Origin: Nitrospinota bacterium
GTDB lineage: Bacteria; UBA8248
Length of the DNA stretch: 64,000 bases
Direction: 5' to 3'
Assembly (NCBI GenBank): GCA_036231405.1
Contig: JAZAHK010000003.1
Span: 192,001-256,000, forward strand
In this document: piece by piece, positions 1-9,708 of the stretch
How the letters are laid out: every line of letters begins with the position of its first letter
How positions within the stretch are numbered: position 1 is the stretch's first letter
The notes under the pieces: generated by a model
Told to the model about the DNA's origin: nothing
What the model saw: only the letters and a program-made list of their open reading frames with translations
The model's database searches: none
Made by a program: the position numbers and the translations under genes

Positions 1-180
1 TTGCCCCGGAGGGACAAACCCTATAAGTTCAGTTGGTTCACGATCCCCAACCATAGAACGAACAAGTTCCGGAGTTGGTGGAATGATTGGCAACCCATCC
101 GACCACCCTTTTTCAAAAAAGAATTCAACAGCCTCGTCTGGGTTCTCAAGTGAAATTATCTCTGATTCGAAATCGTTCAT
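1..180 (-). CDS. N-terminal part of a conserved hypothetical protein (GWSDGLPxxPPT family), runs off window start
   Basis: Manual translation from ATG 180: MNDFESEIISLENPDEAVEFFFEKGWSDGLPIIPPTPELVRSMVGDREPTELIGFVPPGQ, open to base 1; not in ORF track. Confidence 0.8.
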   Translation of the reverse strand, partial: MNDFESEIISLENPDEAVEFFFEKGWSDGLPIIPPTPELVRSMVGDREPTELIGFVPPGQ

Positions 181-236
181 TTCAAAATGCCTTTTGATAA
201 GAAACAAAAAAAACAAGCTTTGAAATTATATATTGA

Positions 237-1553
237 TTAAGAATATAATCTTCCTTCTTTGAATATAAAAGTCAACTCATCTCTAAAATTGGGATGCGCA
301 ATCTCTATTAAAGCAGAAGATCTTTCCCTTAAAGAAAGACCTCTCAAGTTTCGTGACCCATATTCTGTAACGATCCATTCTACGTCGGATCTAGGTATAG
401 TGACTGCAGTTCCTGGTTCGAAAAATGGAACAATGCGAGAAACTTTTCCTCCAAGTGCGGTACTTGGAAAAACTACAATGTTTCGTCCACCACTACTATG
501 AGACGCCCCTCTGACAAAATCCAAAAGCCCTCCAGTTCCAGAAATCTGATGGAAGCCCAAACTTTCTGAATTTACTTGCCCTTGCAAATCAACTTGAACA
601 GCACCATTGATTGCAACAAAACTATCTATCTGACCTATTACAAACGGGTCATTTGTATGTTCAATAGGATAAAATTGAATCATAGGATTTTCATGAATAA
701 AGTCGTAGAGTTTTTTTGTCCCTCTACAAAAACTTGCAACAGTCTCGTTTCGATGAATTTTTTTTTTCGAATTATTTATACAATTTTTTTGAACTAGATC
801 CATCATCCAATCCGTAAAAAGCTCTGTATGCACTCCTAAATCTCTATGTGAACTTAAAAATTCAGCCACCGCTGAAGTAGCACTGCCAGCACCAACCTGA
901 AGACAATCGCCATTTTTTATAAGATTGGCTACATTTTCACCCATTTTTTTTTCGACCTCTGAAATTTCAGGCCTTGATTCCTCAGGAAGTGAGTGATTTG
1001 ATTCCATAACGGCAACGGCCTCTTTTAGAGGAAATCTTACAGAACCAAAGGTTTGTGGCATTTCAAGGTTCACTTCTACTATCACTTGTTTCGCAATTTT
1101 TGATACAGTATCCATAAATCCTATATAAGTTCCATAACTACACGTACAGTCTTCTGTAGGTGCAGCTAACGCGATAACTGCCAAATCTAAATCACGATAT
1201 CCTTTAGAAAAAATTTGACTGACTTGATGGAAATGAGCTGGTGTGTGATCAACAAGTCCACGAGAAAATCCATCCCTAAGATCCTTCGATACGACTATAG
1301 GGTTAAACCTAATTTGCTTTGCGGAATCAGTTGTGATTTGAGGAAGATTGCCTAGTAAACGCATGTGGGTAATCTCAACATCCTCAAGCTCATGCGCTCG
1401 TCGAAATAGAGAATCAAGAAATGTCGTTGGGGTATTCGCATTGGCACTCACTATAATTCGAGATCCAGATTTGACGAAATTTGCGGCTTCACTGGGAGAC
1501 GCTAGATTCAAATCAGGAAAGTTTGTCAAATTGAAATATTTTTTTTTAACCAT
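237..1553 (-). CDS. Acetyl-CoA hydrolase/transferase family (4-hydroxybutyrate CoA-transferase-like)
   Basis: LGVHTE catalytic Glu motif, SGTGGLLDFVRGA, IAHPNFRDEL C-terminus. Confidence 0.9.
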   Translation of the reverse strand: MVKKKYFNLTNFPDLNLASPSEAANFVKSGSRIIVSANANTPTTFLDSLFRRAHELEDVEITHMRLLGNLPQITTDSAKQIRFNPIVVSKDLRDGFSRGLVDHTPAHFHQVSQIFSKGYRDLDLAVIALAAPTEDCTCSYGTYIGFMDTVSKIAKQVIVEVNLEMPQTFGSVRFPLKEAVAVMESNHSLPEESRPEISEVEKKMGENVANLIKNGDCLQVGAGSATSAVAEFLSSHRDLGVHTELFTDWMMDLVQKNCINNSKKKIHRNETVASFCRGTKKLYDFIHENPMIQFYPIEHTNDPFVIGQIDSFVAINGAVQVDLQGQVNSESLGFHQISGTGGLLDFVRGASHSSGGRNIVVFPSTALGGKVSRIVPFFEPGTAVTIPRSDVEWIVTEYGSRNLRGLSLRERSSALIEIAHPNFRDELTFIFKEGRLYS

Positions 1554-1686
1554 CGAAAAAACCTTTAATAAAAAACAAGGTTAACCCCTATATGAAATAA
1601 TTAATAATGTTTAAAAATCATATTTGAGAGATGTCAAACAATCAAGTAATCTGAATATCTTAAAACAACCTATTCAATCAGGAGAA

Positions 1687-2073
1687 ATGATGAAACTTTC
1701 ACACGATCATATCCACTGTGTTCATAAAGACGTAGAAGCAGCTGTAGATTTTTATAAAACTATTTTGGGTGCCGTGGAAACTAGTAGAATAGAAAGGGGA
1801 GGGGCGCCTCAGATAACTCTCAATTTACAAGGTGCAGACATAATCCTTCGAGGAAGAAGAGACAATGAAGACCTCGCAAACACACCATTAGAATGGCCTA
1901 GATATGGGATAGACCACTTTGCCTTTAGAGTCGAAGAAAATCTAGGAACTGCGCTTAACAATATAAAGGAAAGAGGCGGGATTGTCCTAGCCGAGGGAGA
2001 AGTAGAAGAACTTACTTTTGCCTATATTCAGGGACCTGAGGGAGTTGTAATCGAACTCCTCGAACTTAAATAA
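1687..2073 (+). CDS. VOC/glyoxalase family protein
   Basis: HDHIH, GIDHFAFRV, GPEGVVIELLE; ATG 1687/1690 follows AGGAG. Confidence 0.85.
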   Translation: MMKLSHDHIHCVHKDVEAAVDFYKTILGAVETSRIERGGAPQITLNLQGADIILRGRRDNEDLANTPLEWPRYGIDHFAFRVEENLGTALNNIKERGGIVLAEGEVEELTFAYIQGPEGVVIELLELK

Positions 2074-2097
2074 AAGCTTCAACAAGGAGATTAGTAA

Positions 2098-3087
2098 ATG
2101 CCGAAAGAAATAATTTGGGTGGGAACACCTTTTGTCCTAAATTTTAAAGACCAAAGACAGTTTTTTCGTTCTCTTGAAAGCCAGGGATATGAAGTACTTA
2201 TTGATGATTGCCCTGCGTATCTTTCGGAGGATGAATTAATTAAAAAAATTGAAAGCGCAACCGCCGTCATTGCAGGAGCTGAGCCTTACACAGATAAAGT
2301 GATGGGGAAAACTCCTGACTTAAAAATTATTGCACGTGCAGGAGTCGGTGTTAACAATATAGATATACCATCTGCTACAAAAAACAATATTGTCATTACC
2401 AATGCTGAGGGTCAAAATTCTTCCTCCGTTTCAGAACATTTTTTTGGATTGTTGATTAACTGTACAAGAAGAATACATTGGATGAATGAGAAAATAAGAA
2501 AAGGGGCTTGGAGGGAAATCCAACCTGCTCTTGTACCCCTTAAAGAACAAATACTAGGGATAATAGGTTTTGGAAATATTGGAAAACTCGTGGCTAAAAG
2601 GGCAAAAGCATTCGAGATGAAAGTGATTGCATACGATATAGTTCAAGATCAACAAACTGCCAATCAAATAGGAGTGAATTTCGTTTCCCTCGATGAGTTA
2701 GCCAAACAGTCAGACTTCCTAACGTGTCATGTCCCCCTCACTCCTGATACCAAACATATCGTGGATAAAGAATTGTTAGAAAAGATGAAACCAGAAGCTT
2801 TTGTTTTTAACACCTCGCGCGGTCCAGTATTCAACCTTGACGACGTTACAGAAGCTTTAAAAAGTAAAACAATTCAAGGTGCGGGAATAGATGTTTATCC
2901 TGAAGAACCGCCTGATTACTCACATGAAATATTTACTATGGAAAATGCAGTACTCACTCCTCACATGGGAGGACGTGGAGTGGATGCAGTTCGAGATACA
3001 ATTAACCATGCTGTAAACTGCGTAGACGATTTTTTGAAAGGAAAAAAGCCATCCACAGTCATAAATCATGAAATCTATGCTGATTAG
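2098..3087 (+). CDS. D-isomer 2-hydroxyacid dehydrogenase (SerA-like, no ACT domain)
   Basis: IARAGVG, GIIGFGNIG, NTSRG, DVYPEEP, TPHMGG. Confidence 0.9.
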   Translation: MPKEIIWVGTPFVLNFKDQRQFFRSLESQGYEVLIDDCPAYLSEDELIKKIESATAVIAGAEPYTDKVMGKTPDLKIIARAGVGVNNIDIPSATKNNIVITNAEGQNSSSVSEHFFGLLINCTRRIHWMNEKIRKGAWREIQPALVPLKEQILGIIGFGNIGKLVAKRAKAFEMKVIAYDIVQDQQTANQIGVNFVSLDELAKQSDFLTCHVPLTPDTKHIVDKELLEKMKPEAFVFNTSRGPVFNLDDVTEALKSKTIQGAGIDVYPEEPPDYSHEIFTMENAVLTPHMGGRGVDAVRDTINHAVNCVDDFLKGKKPSTVINHEIYAD

Positions 3088-3102
3088 TGAAAAAGAGAGA
3101 CG

Positions 3103-3870
3103 ATGGAAATAAAAAATGAACCATCCCTAAAAGATCAGGTTGCATTTGTAGCTGCCGGTGCTGCTGGCATTGGCTTTTCTTGTGTTGAACGTTTCACTAG
3201 AGAAGGTGCAAAAGTAGCTTTTATGGATAGAGATAATCATGAAGGTGAAAAACGAGCAAAGGAGATGAGAAATTTGGGGATGGAAGTTCTTTTTCTTCAC
3301 GGTGAGTGCACATCAAATGAAGATGTGGAAAAATCGGCAAAGAAAACCATCGAGAAGTGGAATAAAATAGATATTCTAGTTAACTGTGCAGGAGGGTTTC
3401 ACACCACGAACAATGTCGAGGAAATTGATGAAACAGAATGGAAAAAAATGCTCGATTGGAACCTCACGGCAACCTATTTGTCTACAAAAGCGATAGTTCC
3501 AAATATGAAAAAAAATAATTATGGACGCATAATAAATGTTTCTTCTCTAGCTGGTCGTACAGGTATTGCCTTTACTTCTATAGACTACGCAACTGCAAAA
3601 TCAGCTGTCATAGGTTTCACTAGAAGACTTGCTGTTGAATTAGCTCCATTCGGGATTACCGCAAATGTTGTCACTCCAGGAACAGTCTGGAGTCCTCGAG
3701 TAGCTAAACTCCACAAAGATCGAATAGAGCAAATTCGTGAAACAATTCCAGTGGGAAGAGAAGGAACAACAGAGGAAATCGCTGATGGCATTTGGTATCT
3801 AGCAACTCCCGGCGCAAGTTATATCACAGGAGCAACCTTGGACATTAATGGCGGGATGTGGTTTGGTTAA
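3103..3870 (+). CDS. Short-chain dehydrogenase/reductase (FabG-like)
   Basis: AGAAGIG, NCAGG, YATAK, YITGATLDINGG. Confidence 0.9.
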   Translation: MEIKNEPSLKDQVAFVAAGAAGIGFSCVERFTREGAKVAFMDRDNHEGEKRAKEMRNLGMEVLFLHGECTSNEDVEKSAKKTIEKWNKIDILVNCAGGFHTTNNVEEIDETEWKKMLDWNLTATYLSTKAIVPNMKKNNYGRIINVSSLAGRTGIAFTSIDYATAKSAVIGFTRRLAVELAPFGITANVVTPGTVWSPRVAKLHKDRIEQIRETIPVGREGTTEEIADGIWYLATPGASYITGATLDINGGMWFG

Positions 3871-3888
3871 AATTGAAAGCCCTAATTC

Positions 3889-3957
3889 ATTGGGAAAAAG
3901 AATTTTGGCATTGCAGTAGTTGGATCTGGAAGAATAGGAACTATTCCTCTAAGTTGA
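3889..3957 (+). pseudogene. Remnant of an NAD(P)-binding oxidoreductase N-terminus (Gfo/Idh/MocA-like)
   Basis: Frame reads IGKKNFGIAVVGSGRIGTIPLS-stop (GxGxxG); no canonical start, ends after 22 codons. Confidence 0.5.
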
Positions 3958-3977
3958 AATCTTTGGGTTGAAAGTCC

Positions 3978-4778
3978 ATGACTAAATCCACTACAAAAAT
4001 TCCTACACAAAAAAAAAGACCTTTTTTTATAACCTTCAAAACCTATTTTAAATTCTTTATTTTTTTCATCCTTATTCTATTGGCTAGATGCATCACGATT
4101 GCATACTCTTCTCAAAATTTCGTCATTTATTCAAAAAAAAACTCTCCGCTTCAGGGATACCTATGCAAACCAAACGGCAAAGGTCCATTCCCTGCTGTGA
4201 TATATAACCATGGAGGACTAGGAAATATTGTTGGCGGCGCCCCTAAGGAAACCTGTACAGCACTTGCAAAAGAAAATTTTGTAGGATTTTCACCTATTCG
4301 GAGAAAAACGCGCCAATTAAAAGGACATCTAGTAGATGTAATAGACGCAATACAATTTACAAAAAAATTGCCTTATGTTGATAGAGACAGAATGGCGATG
4401 ATGGGATTTTCGAGGGGTGGGTTGTTAACATATCAGATTGCCGCATCTACAAACAAATTAAAAGCATTTATTTTAATGGCACCAGCAATCGGAAAAAGAA
4501 GGTATAGACTCCGACTAGAAGATGCGAACAAAATAGATTCCCCCGTTCTTTTATTAATTTCGAAAAATGATACAGGATCTTTTAGAACTCACGGCACAAA
4601 TCTTTTGGAAGAAATAAAAAAAATAACCATCGCGCTGCAGAGAAATAAAAGAGCAGTAAAACTGATTATTTATCCTCCCTATGAAAGTGATGGACATACC
4701 ATGTTCTTTAGAATTGGCAATTACTGGAAAGATATTGTCCTATTTCTGAGGAAGAATCTCAAAAGAAGGAAGTTATGA
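3978..4778 (+). CDS. Dienelactone-hydrolase-like alpha/beta hydrolase with N-terminal signal/TM segment
   Basis: GPFPAVIYNHGG, GFSRGG nucleophile elbow, DGH. Confidence 0.8.
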   Translation: MTKSTTKIPTQKKRPFFITFKTYFKFFIFFILILLARCITIAYSSQNFVIYSKKNSPLQGYLCKPNGKGPFPAVIYNHGGLGNIVGGAPKETCTALAKENFVGFSPIRRKTRQLKGHLVDVIDAIQFTKKLPYVDRDRMAMMGFSRGGLLTYQIAASTNKLKAFILMAPAIGKRRYRLRLEDANKIDSPVLLLISKNDTGSFRTHGTNLLEEIKKITIALQRNKRAVKLIIYPPYESDGHTMFFRIGNYWKDIVLFLRKNLKRRKL

Positions 4779-6076
4779 AAATCTTGACGAAAAAGTTCTT
4801 TGTCTGTTTTTCGTTACTCGTACTAACAACAGGTTGTCAAACAACAACTAGTATGAATTATAAAGCTGGTTTTTCCTTTGGGCCTGCATCTTCCCAGATA
4901 ACTACAGCGACAGCTAGTATATGGCTTCGAACCAAAAATGAAGAAAATTTACAAGTTGCATATTCTAAAAGTAGGAATTTTTCTCGTTCAAAGTTTACTA
5001 AAATTATTAGATCAACATCACAAACAGATTTTACTTCAATACATAATTTAAAGAGATTACTTCCTGATACAGAATATTTCTACAGAGGTGTAATAAGGTC
5101 AAAAAATATTGCGTATGGTGATATCGGTCGTTTTAGAACTCCCTCTGAGAAATTGCTTTCTTTTAGATTTGCTGTCAGCGGGGATACGCGTGCTAAGTAT
5201 CAGCCATTTGATTTGTTTAACAAAATAGGGCAGAAAAAACCCGATTTCTTTATTTATCTAGGCGACACTATTTATGCAGATTATCCCTCAAAAGAGTTTT
5301 TTGCAGATCTTAGTCATTACCGGTGGAAATACAGAGAAAATCGAGATGACAAGCCTCTTCAAGAATTTCTGAAAAAGATTCCAGTCTATGCTGTCTGGGA
5401 TGACCATGAAGTCGAAAATAATTTCAATAGTTCCTGGGGGCCACAAATCGCTACAGCTCGCCGTGCATTTCGTGAATATTGGCCGGTTAAGTCAAAAGAA
5501 AAAAAAATCCTTTATTACTCCTTTTCCTGGTCTCCATTGGCAGATTTTTTCATTTTAGATACAAGACAATTTCGTAGTGCTAAAACTGATGAAAATGGTG
5601 AAGCACCGGATGCAACAATGCTTGGTAAAAAACAAAAAAAATGGTTCAAGAAAGCAATATCTAAATCCAAAGCACCTTTCAAATTTATAATTTCATCCGT
5701 TCCATTCAATACTTATAAAAATGTAGATAAATGGTCCGGCTATGTGACCGAAAGGGATGAGATTAAAAATCATATTACAAGGAATAATATTAGAGGAATT
5801 GTCACTATAAGCGCTGATATACATCGGGCAATAGCATTTTCCAATAGTTCAGGAGAACCCAGAGAATACATAGTTGGTCCTATTGCGGCGAATATTAAAT
5901 GCAGCAAAAAGAATTTTTATGAGTCATTAGGTTATTTTTTTATGTGTGATAGCTATAATTACTTAACTATTGACGTCACAGTTGAACATGGAAAACCGAC
6001 TGCCGAGATAAAATACTTTGACGACAAAAATAAATTGAGATATCGAGAAAAATTCAAATCAAATAAGCGAAATTAG
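4775..6076 (+). CDS. phoD: Alkaline phosphatase D (PhoD) family protein, probable lipoprotein
   Basis: LGDTIYAD, WDDHE, LDTRQFR, SADIH motifs; LTTG-C lipobox-like sequence. Confidence 0.85.
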   Translation: MKILTKKFFVCFSLLVLTTGCQTTTSMNYKAGFSFGPASSQITTATASIWLRTKNEENLQVAYSKSRNFSRSKFTKIIRSTSQTDFTSIHNLKRLLPDTEYFYRGVIRSKNIAYGDIGRFRTPSEKLLSFRFAVSGDTRAKYQPFDLFNKIGQKKPDFFIYLGDTIYADYPSKEFFADLSHYRWKYRENRDDKPLQEFLKKIPVYAVWDDHEVENNFNSSWGPQIATARRAFREYWPVKSKEKKILYYSFSWSPLADFFILDTRQFRSAKTDENGEAPDATMLGKKQKKWFKKAISKSKAPFKFIISSVPFNTYKNVDKWSGYVTERDEIKNHITRNNIRGIVTISADIHRAIAFSNSSGEPREYIVGPIAANIKCSKKNFYESLGYFFMCDSYNYLTIDVTVEHGKPTAEIKYFDDKNKLRYREKFKSNKRN

Positions 6077-6127
6077 AAAAGGAAAATCGATTAAATTAAA
6101 AAAACACAACTTTTACTCTTTAAAACT

Positions 6128-7000
6128 CTACTGGGAATTATAATTTACTAGGGCAACACCGGCCAAAGTTATAATCGCTCCAATTGGAACACGCAAGGAA
6201 ATATTTTCAATTTTTCTAAGAAAAATAAAAGAGAAAAAGACAGTTATTAAGGGAGAAATCTGAACTAAAGAAGAAATTCGATACACGTTCCCCTTTTGCA
6301 AGGCGGAAACCAAGAGGAGTATACCCACTGCAGCAAAAAATCCCATCAAAAAAAACGGTTTCCAAGCAGCCTTTATTCCAGGAACCATAGATTCCCTCTT
6401 AAAAATGGAAGTAAAAGTCACTACAAGTACAAATGCGGAAAATGTGCCTATGAAAGTAGCGGCAATAGGTTCTTTAAAAATACTCATCGTATATCGCCAA
6501 GTAACTGAACCAATTCCCGACACTATAGCTGCAGAAATTGGCCAAATAATATCTCTCCTTTTCCATACACCCTTAGTTGGAGAAAAAGAGATCAACATTA
6601 CCCCTGAAACTACAAAAATCACCCCTAGTAAATGGTACCAGGTTGGTTCTTCCCCTAGAAAAAGAATTGCGAGGAAAGATGCAAACAAGGGAGAACAGCC
6701 CTTAATAGGAACCGCTCTAGAAACTCCAATTTTTAAAATAGATGTTAATAACAAAAGAGAAAAAAGCCCTGGTAAACAAATACCTGCTAACATTGCCCAA
6801 AAATAATGGGGTCCAAAGGCAGGAAATTCTACTCCAATTACAATTATCGCAACAAAAAGAATTACGGATGCAACTCCTCTAGTCATGGTCGTACCAACAA
6901 AAACATTCGTCTTATGTACCCCAAAACGACCGGCAAAATCTGCCATAGAAAATATAAAAGCTGATAAAATCGCATAGTAAAAAGCTAAATCAAGGACCAA
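6128..7000 (-). CDS. EamA/DMT family transporter
   Basis: About 10 hydrophobic segments, duplicated halves, ILFLGE. Confidence 0.85.
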   Translation of the reverse strand: MVLDLAFYYAILSAFIFSMADFAGRFGVHKTNVFVGTTMTRGVASVILFVAIIVIGVEFPAFGPHYFWAMLAGICLPGLFSLLLLTSILKIGVSRAVPIKGCSPLFASFLAILFLGEEPTWYHLLGVIFVVSGVMLISFSPTKGVWKRRDIIWPISAAIVSGIGSVTWRYTMSIFKEPIAATFIGTFSAFVLVVTFTSIFKRESMVPGIKAAWKPFFLMGFFAAVGILLLVSALQKGNVYRISSLVQISPLITVFFSFIFLRKIENISLRVPIGAIITLAGVALVNYNSQ

Positions 7001-7133
7001 AACTCTCTCCGATTAAATTTTATACATAATTAAATTGGTCACTTAACAAACGGACTTGAAGTCTAACATTTTAATCAATATCATTCCCATATCATCGATT
7101 TATTTTTGAAACAATTTCAATTTGGGAGAGAGC

Positions 7134-8177
7134 ATGAAATTTTCACTTTTTTATGTTCATGAAACAACAAGTGGAAAATCTGAAAAAGAATCATTTGATG
7201 AAATGATGGAACAGTGCCAGCTTGCTGACGAACTAGGCTATCATGGTGTCTGGTTTGCTGAACATCACTTTTCCAAAGCAGGAGTTATGCCTGATCCTCT
7301 TCTCTGGTGCGCTTCAGTTGCACAGAAAACAAAAAATATTCGCTTGGGTACAGGTATTTCTATAATGTCTTTCCATAATCCCATACGCCTTGCAGAACAA
7401 ACGGCTATGGTCGACGTTTTAAGCAATGGGAGAGTAGATTTGGGGATAGGCCGTGGTTCTCAACCAAAAGAATTCAAGTCTTTTGATGCCAAACCATCAG
7501 AGAGTCGAAAGAGATTGCAGGAAGGAGTGGCAATAGTAGCAAGATTATTGGAAGGAGAAAAATTAACCTACGATGGAGAATTTTTTAAGTGCAATGAAAC
7601 CGAGATTTTTCCACATCCGATCCAAAAACCCCGGCCACCCATTTGGATCGCAGGAACCAGTCCCGAAACTTACACCTGGGCAGGAGAAAACGGATATAAA
7701 GTGATGGCTTCAGCAGGATTTAAAGGTCCAGAAATTTTTAGAGAAAAAATGCAACTTTATATTGATGCCATTAAAAAAAGTGGGGGTGACACATCCGATA
7801 TTAACTATGCACTACTTCACCGTTGTATTGTCTGCGAAGATCTCAATAAGGACAAATATATTCAAAATTTTGAAGAAAGTATGTCTTCATATTTGCGTTA
7901 CAGGGCCGACGTTAATAAGGTTGATTTTCCAGACGAAGAATCAAAACATCTTCAAAGAAATTGGAGTTATACATTCTCAGTAAACGACCTTCTCGATGGA
8001 GGTGGAGTAATTGGAAATATTGAAGACAATATCGATGAAATCAATCGTTTGAAAAAAGAATTCGGGTTAACAGATATTTTGATGGGCATGTACGGTATAG
8101 GTGCAACACACAAAGAAAAAATGGAGATTTTGGAAAGATTCGCAAATGAAGTCATGACAGAAGTTTCAACTACATAA
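7134..8177 (+). CDS. Luciferase-like (LLM) flavin-dependent oxidoreductase
   Basis: GVWFAEHHF, RLAEQTAMVDVLSNGR, PIQKPRPPIW; ATG 7134 after GGGAG. Confidence 0.9.
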   Translation: MKFSLFYVHETTSGKSEKESFDEMMEQCQLADELGYHGVWFAEHHFSKAGVMPDPLLWCASVAQKTKNIRLGTGISIMSFHNPIRLAEQTAMVDVLSNGRVDLGIGRGSQPKEFKSFDAKPSESRKRLQEGVAIVARLLEGEKLTYDGEFFKCNETEIFPHPIQKPRPPIWIAGTSPETYTWAGENGYKVMASAGFKGPEIFREKMQLYIDAIKKSGGDTSDINYALLHRCIVCEDLNKDKYIQNFEESMSSYLRYRADVNKVDFPDEESKHLQRNWSYTFSVNDLLDGGGVIGNIEDNIDEINRLKKEFGLTDILMGMYGIGATHKEKMEILERFANEVMTEVSTT

Positions 8178-8180
8178 AGT

Positions 8181-8217
8181 TATGGCCTCTATAATCAAGT
8201 TTGAAAAAGAGGCCATA
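8181..8217. terminator. Inverted repeat between convergent genes, probable bidirectional terminator
   Basis: TATGGCCTCT (8181-8190) pairs with AGAGGCCATA (8208-8217). Confidence 0.6.
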
Positions 8218-8245
8218 CAATTCAAAGAATCTTTATGATTAGCTT

Positions 8246-9538
8246 CTAGATAGAGTCAAGTGCCTGCGTTAAATCCGCTTTTATATCGTCTATGTGCTCG
8301 ATGCCAACTGAAAGTCTCACGTATCCCTGGGTCACACCCGTAGCTATCTGTTCTTCTTCTGACAACTGGGAATGTGTAGTACTAGCAGGATGTATTGCTA
8401 AACTTCTTGAATCCCCGATATTAGCAACGTGATAGAACATATTTAGAGAGTTAATAAACTGTTGACCTGCTTCGAGACCATCTTTCAACTCAAAACCAAC
8501 TAAACCTCCATAAGTACCATTCAAATAGGTATCAGCACGTCTCTTAAACTCGCCGTCCATAAGACCAGGATAAAAAACGGTTGATACTTTTTCATGACCA
8601 TTTAAGAAATTCGCAACTTCAGATGCATTACTACAATGTCGTTCCATTCTTAGTGGTAGAGTCTCAAGTCCTTGAAGAAATAAAAACGCATTAAAAGGGC
8701 TTGTCGCTTGACCTGAATCTCTCAAAAGAGTCACTCTAGCCTTAATGATATAAGCAACTGGACCAAGAGGAGCAGTAGCCTCCGTCCAAACAGCACCATG
8801 ATAACTTGGATCTGGCTGATTCAGATAAGGTTGTCTTTCAGGATGAGCTTTCCAATCAAAATTGCCACTATCAATTATAATTCCACCGATAGAATTTCCG
8901 TGCCCTCCGATATATTTCGTACAGGAAGAAGCAATCACTGCTGCACCATGTTCAAAAGGTTTACAAAGACCATGCGCTGCGGTGTTATCCATTATCAAAG
9001 GGATACCAACTTCTCTTCCAATGTCAGCCACTTCCTTAATTGGAAAAACTCTTAGTTTTGGGTTTGGAAGAGTTTCTGCGTAAAATGCTCTTGTCTTATC
9101 GTCAATTGCATTTTTGAAATTTTCAGGATGTTCAGGATCCACGAAACGTACCTCAATCCCCATTTGCTGAAGTTGATTCGCAAAAAGGTTCCAAGTCCCC
9201 CCATATAAATCAGTTGAACTAACGATATTATCTCCTGACTGGGCAACATTCTGAACCGCCATCATTGACGCAGATTGACCAGAAGATACTGCCAACGCAG
9301 CTACTCCACCTTCAAGTGCAGCCAAACGTTTCTCAAGAACATCGTTTGTAGGATTCATGATACGCGTGTAAATGTTTCCAAGTTCTTTCAGTGCAAATAA
9401 ATTTGATGCATGTTCAGTGTTGTCGAATTGAAAAGAGGTGGTTTGGTAAATTGGAACTGCAACTGCATTGGTAGTGGAATCACTCCTGTGACCTGCATGT
9501 AAAACAATCGTTTCATTATTATTCGATTCAAAGGTCAT
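8246..9538 (-). CDS. metY: O-acetylhomoserine sulfhydrylase/aminocarboxypropyltransferase
   Basis: PIYQTTS, YTRIMNPT, SCTKYIGGHG (PLP Lys), ANIGDSRSLAIHPASTTHSQL. Confidence 0.93.
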   Translation of the reverse strand: MTFESNNNETIVLHAGHRSDSTTNAVAVPIYQTTSFQFDNTEHASNLFALKELGNIYTRIMNPTNDVLEKRLAALEGGVAALAVSSGQSASMMAVQNVAQSGDNIVSSTDLYGGTWNLFANQLQQMGIEVRFVDPEHPENFKNAIDDKTRAFYAETLPNPKLRVFPIKEVADIGREVGIPLIMDNTAAHGLCKPFEHGAAVIASSCTKYIGGHGNSIGGIIIDSGNFDWKAHPERQPYLNQPDPSYHGAVWTEATAPLGPVAYIIKARVTLLRDSGQATSPFNAFLFLQGLETLPLRMERHCSNASEVANFLNGHEKVSTVFYPGLMDGEFKRRADTYLNGTYGGLVGFELKDGLEAGQQFINSLNMFYHVANIGDSRSLAIHPASTTHSQLSEEEQIATGVTQGYVRLSVGIEHIDDIKADLTQALDSI

Positions 9539-9708
9539 TTAGATACCCTCCCATGAATTAGGATCAACAAAAATTAAGGGCGCAAAAACTCCCTAATCAT
9601 GTAAAAAAGCTATTTGTAAAATGTTAATGAGGATGTAACACAACCGATAAAGTTAGTCAATTAACAATTTATTGGAGATAAAAGAAAATTTCTACGGTTA
9701 GTTAAGAC

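Noticed and set aside
9539-9700. Known SAM-I/II/V or SAM-SAH riboswitch upstream of metY
   Set aside because: No recognisable consensus by eye; only a generic hairpin is reported.
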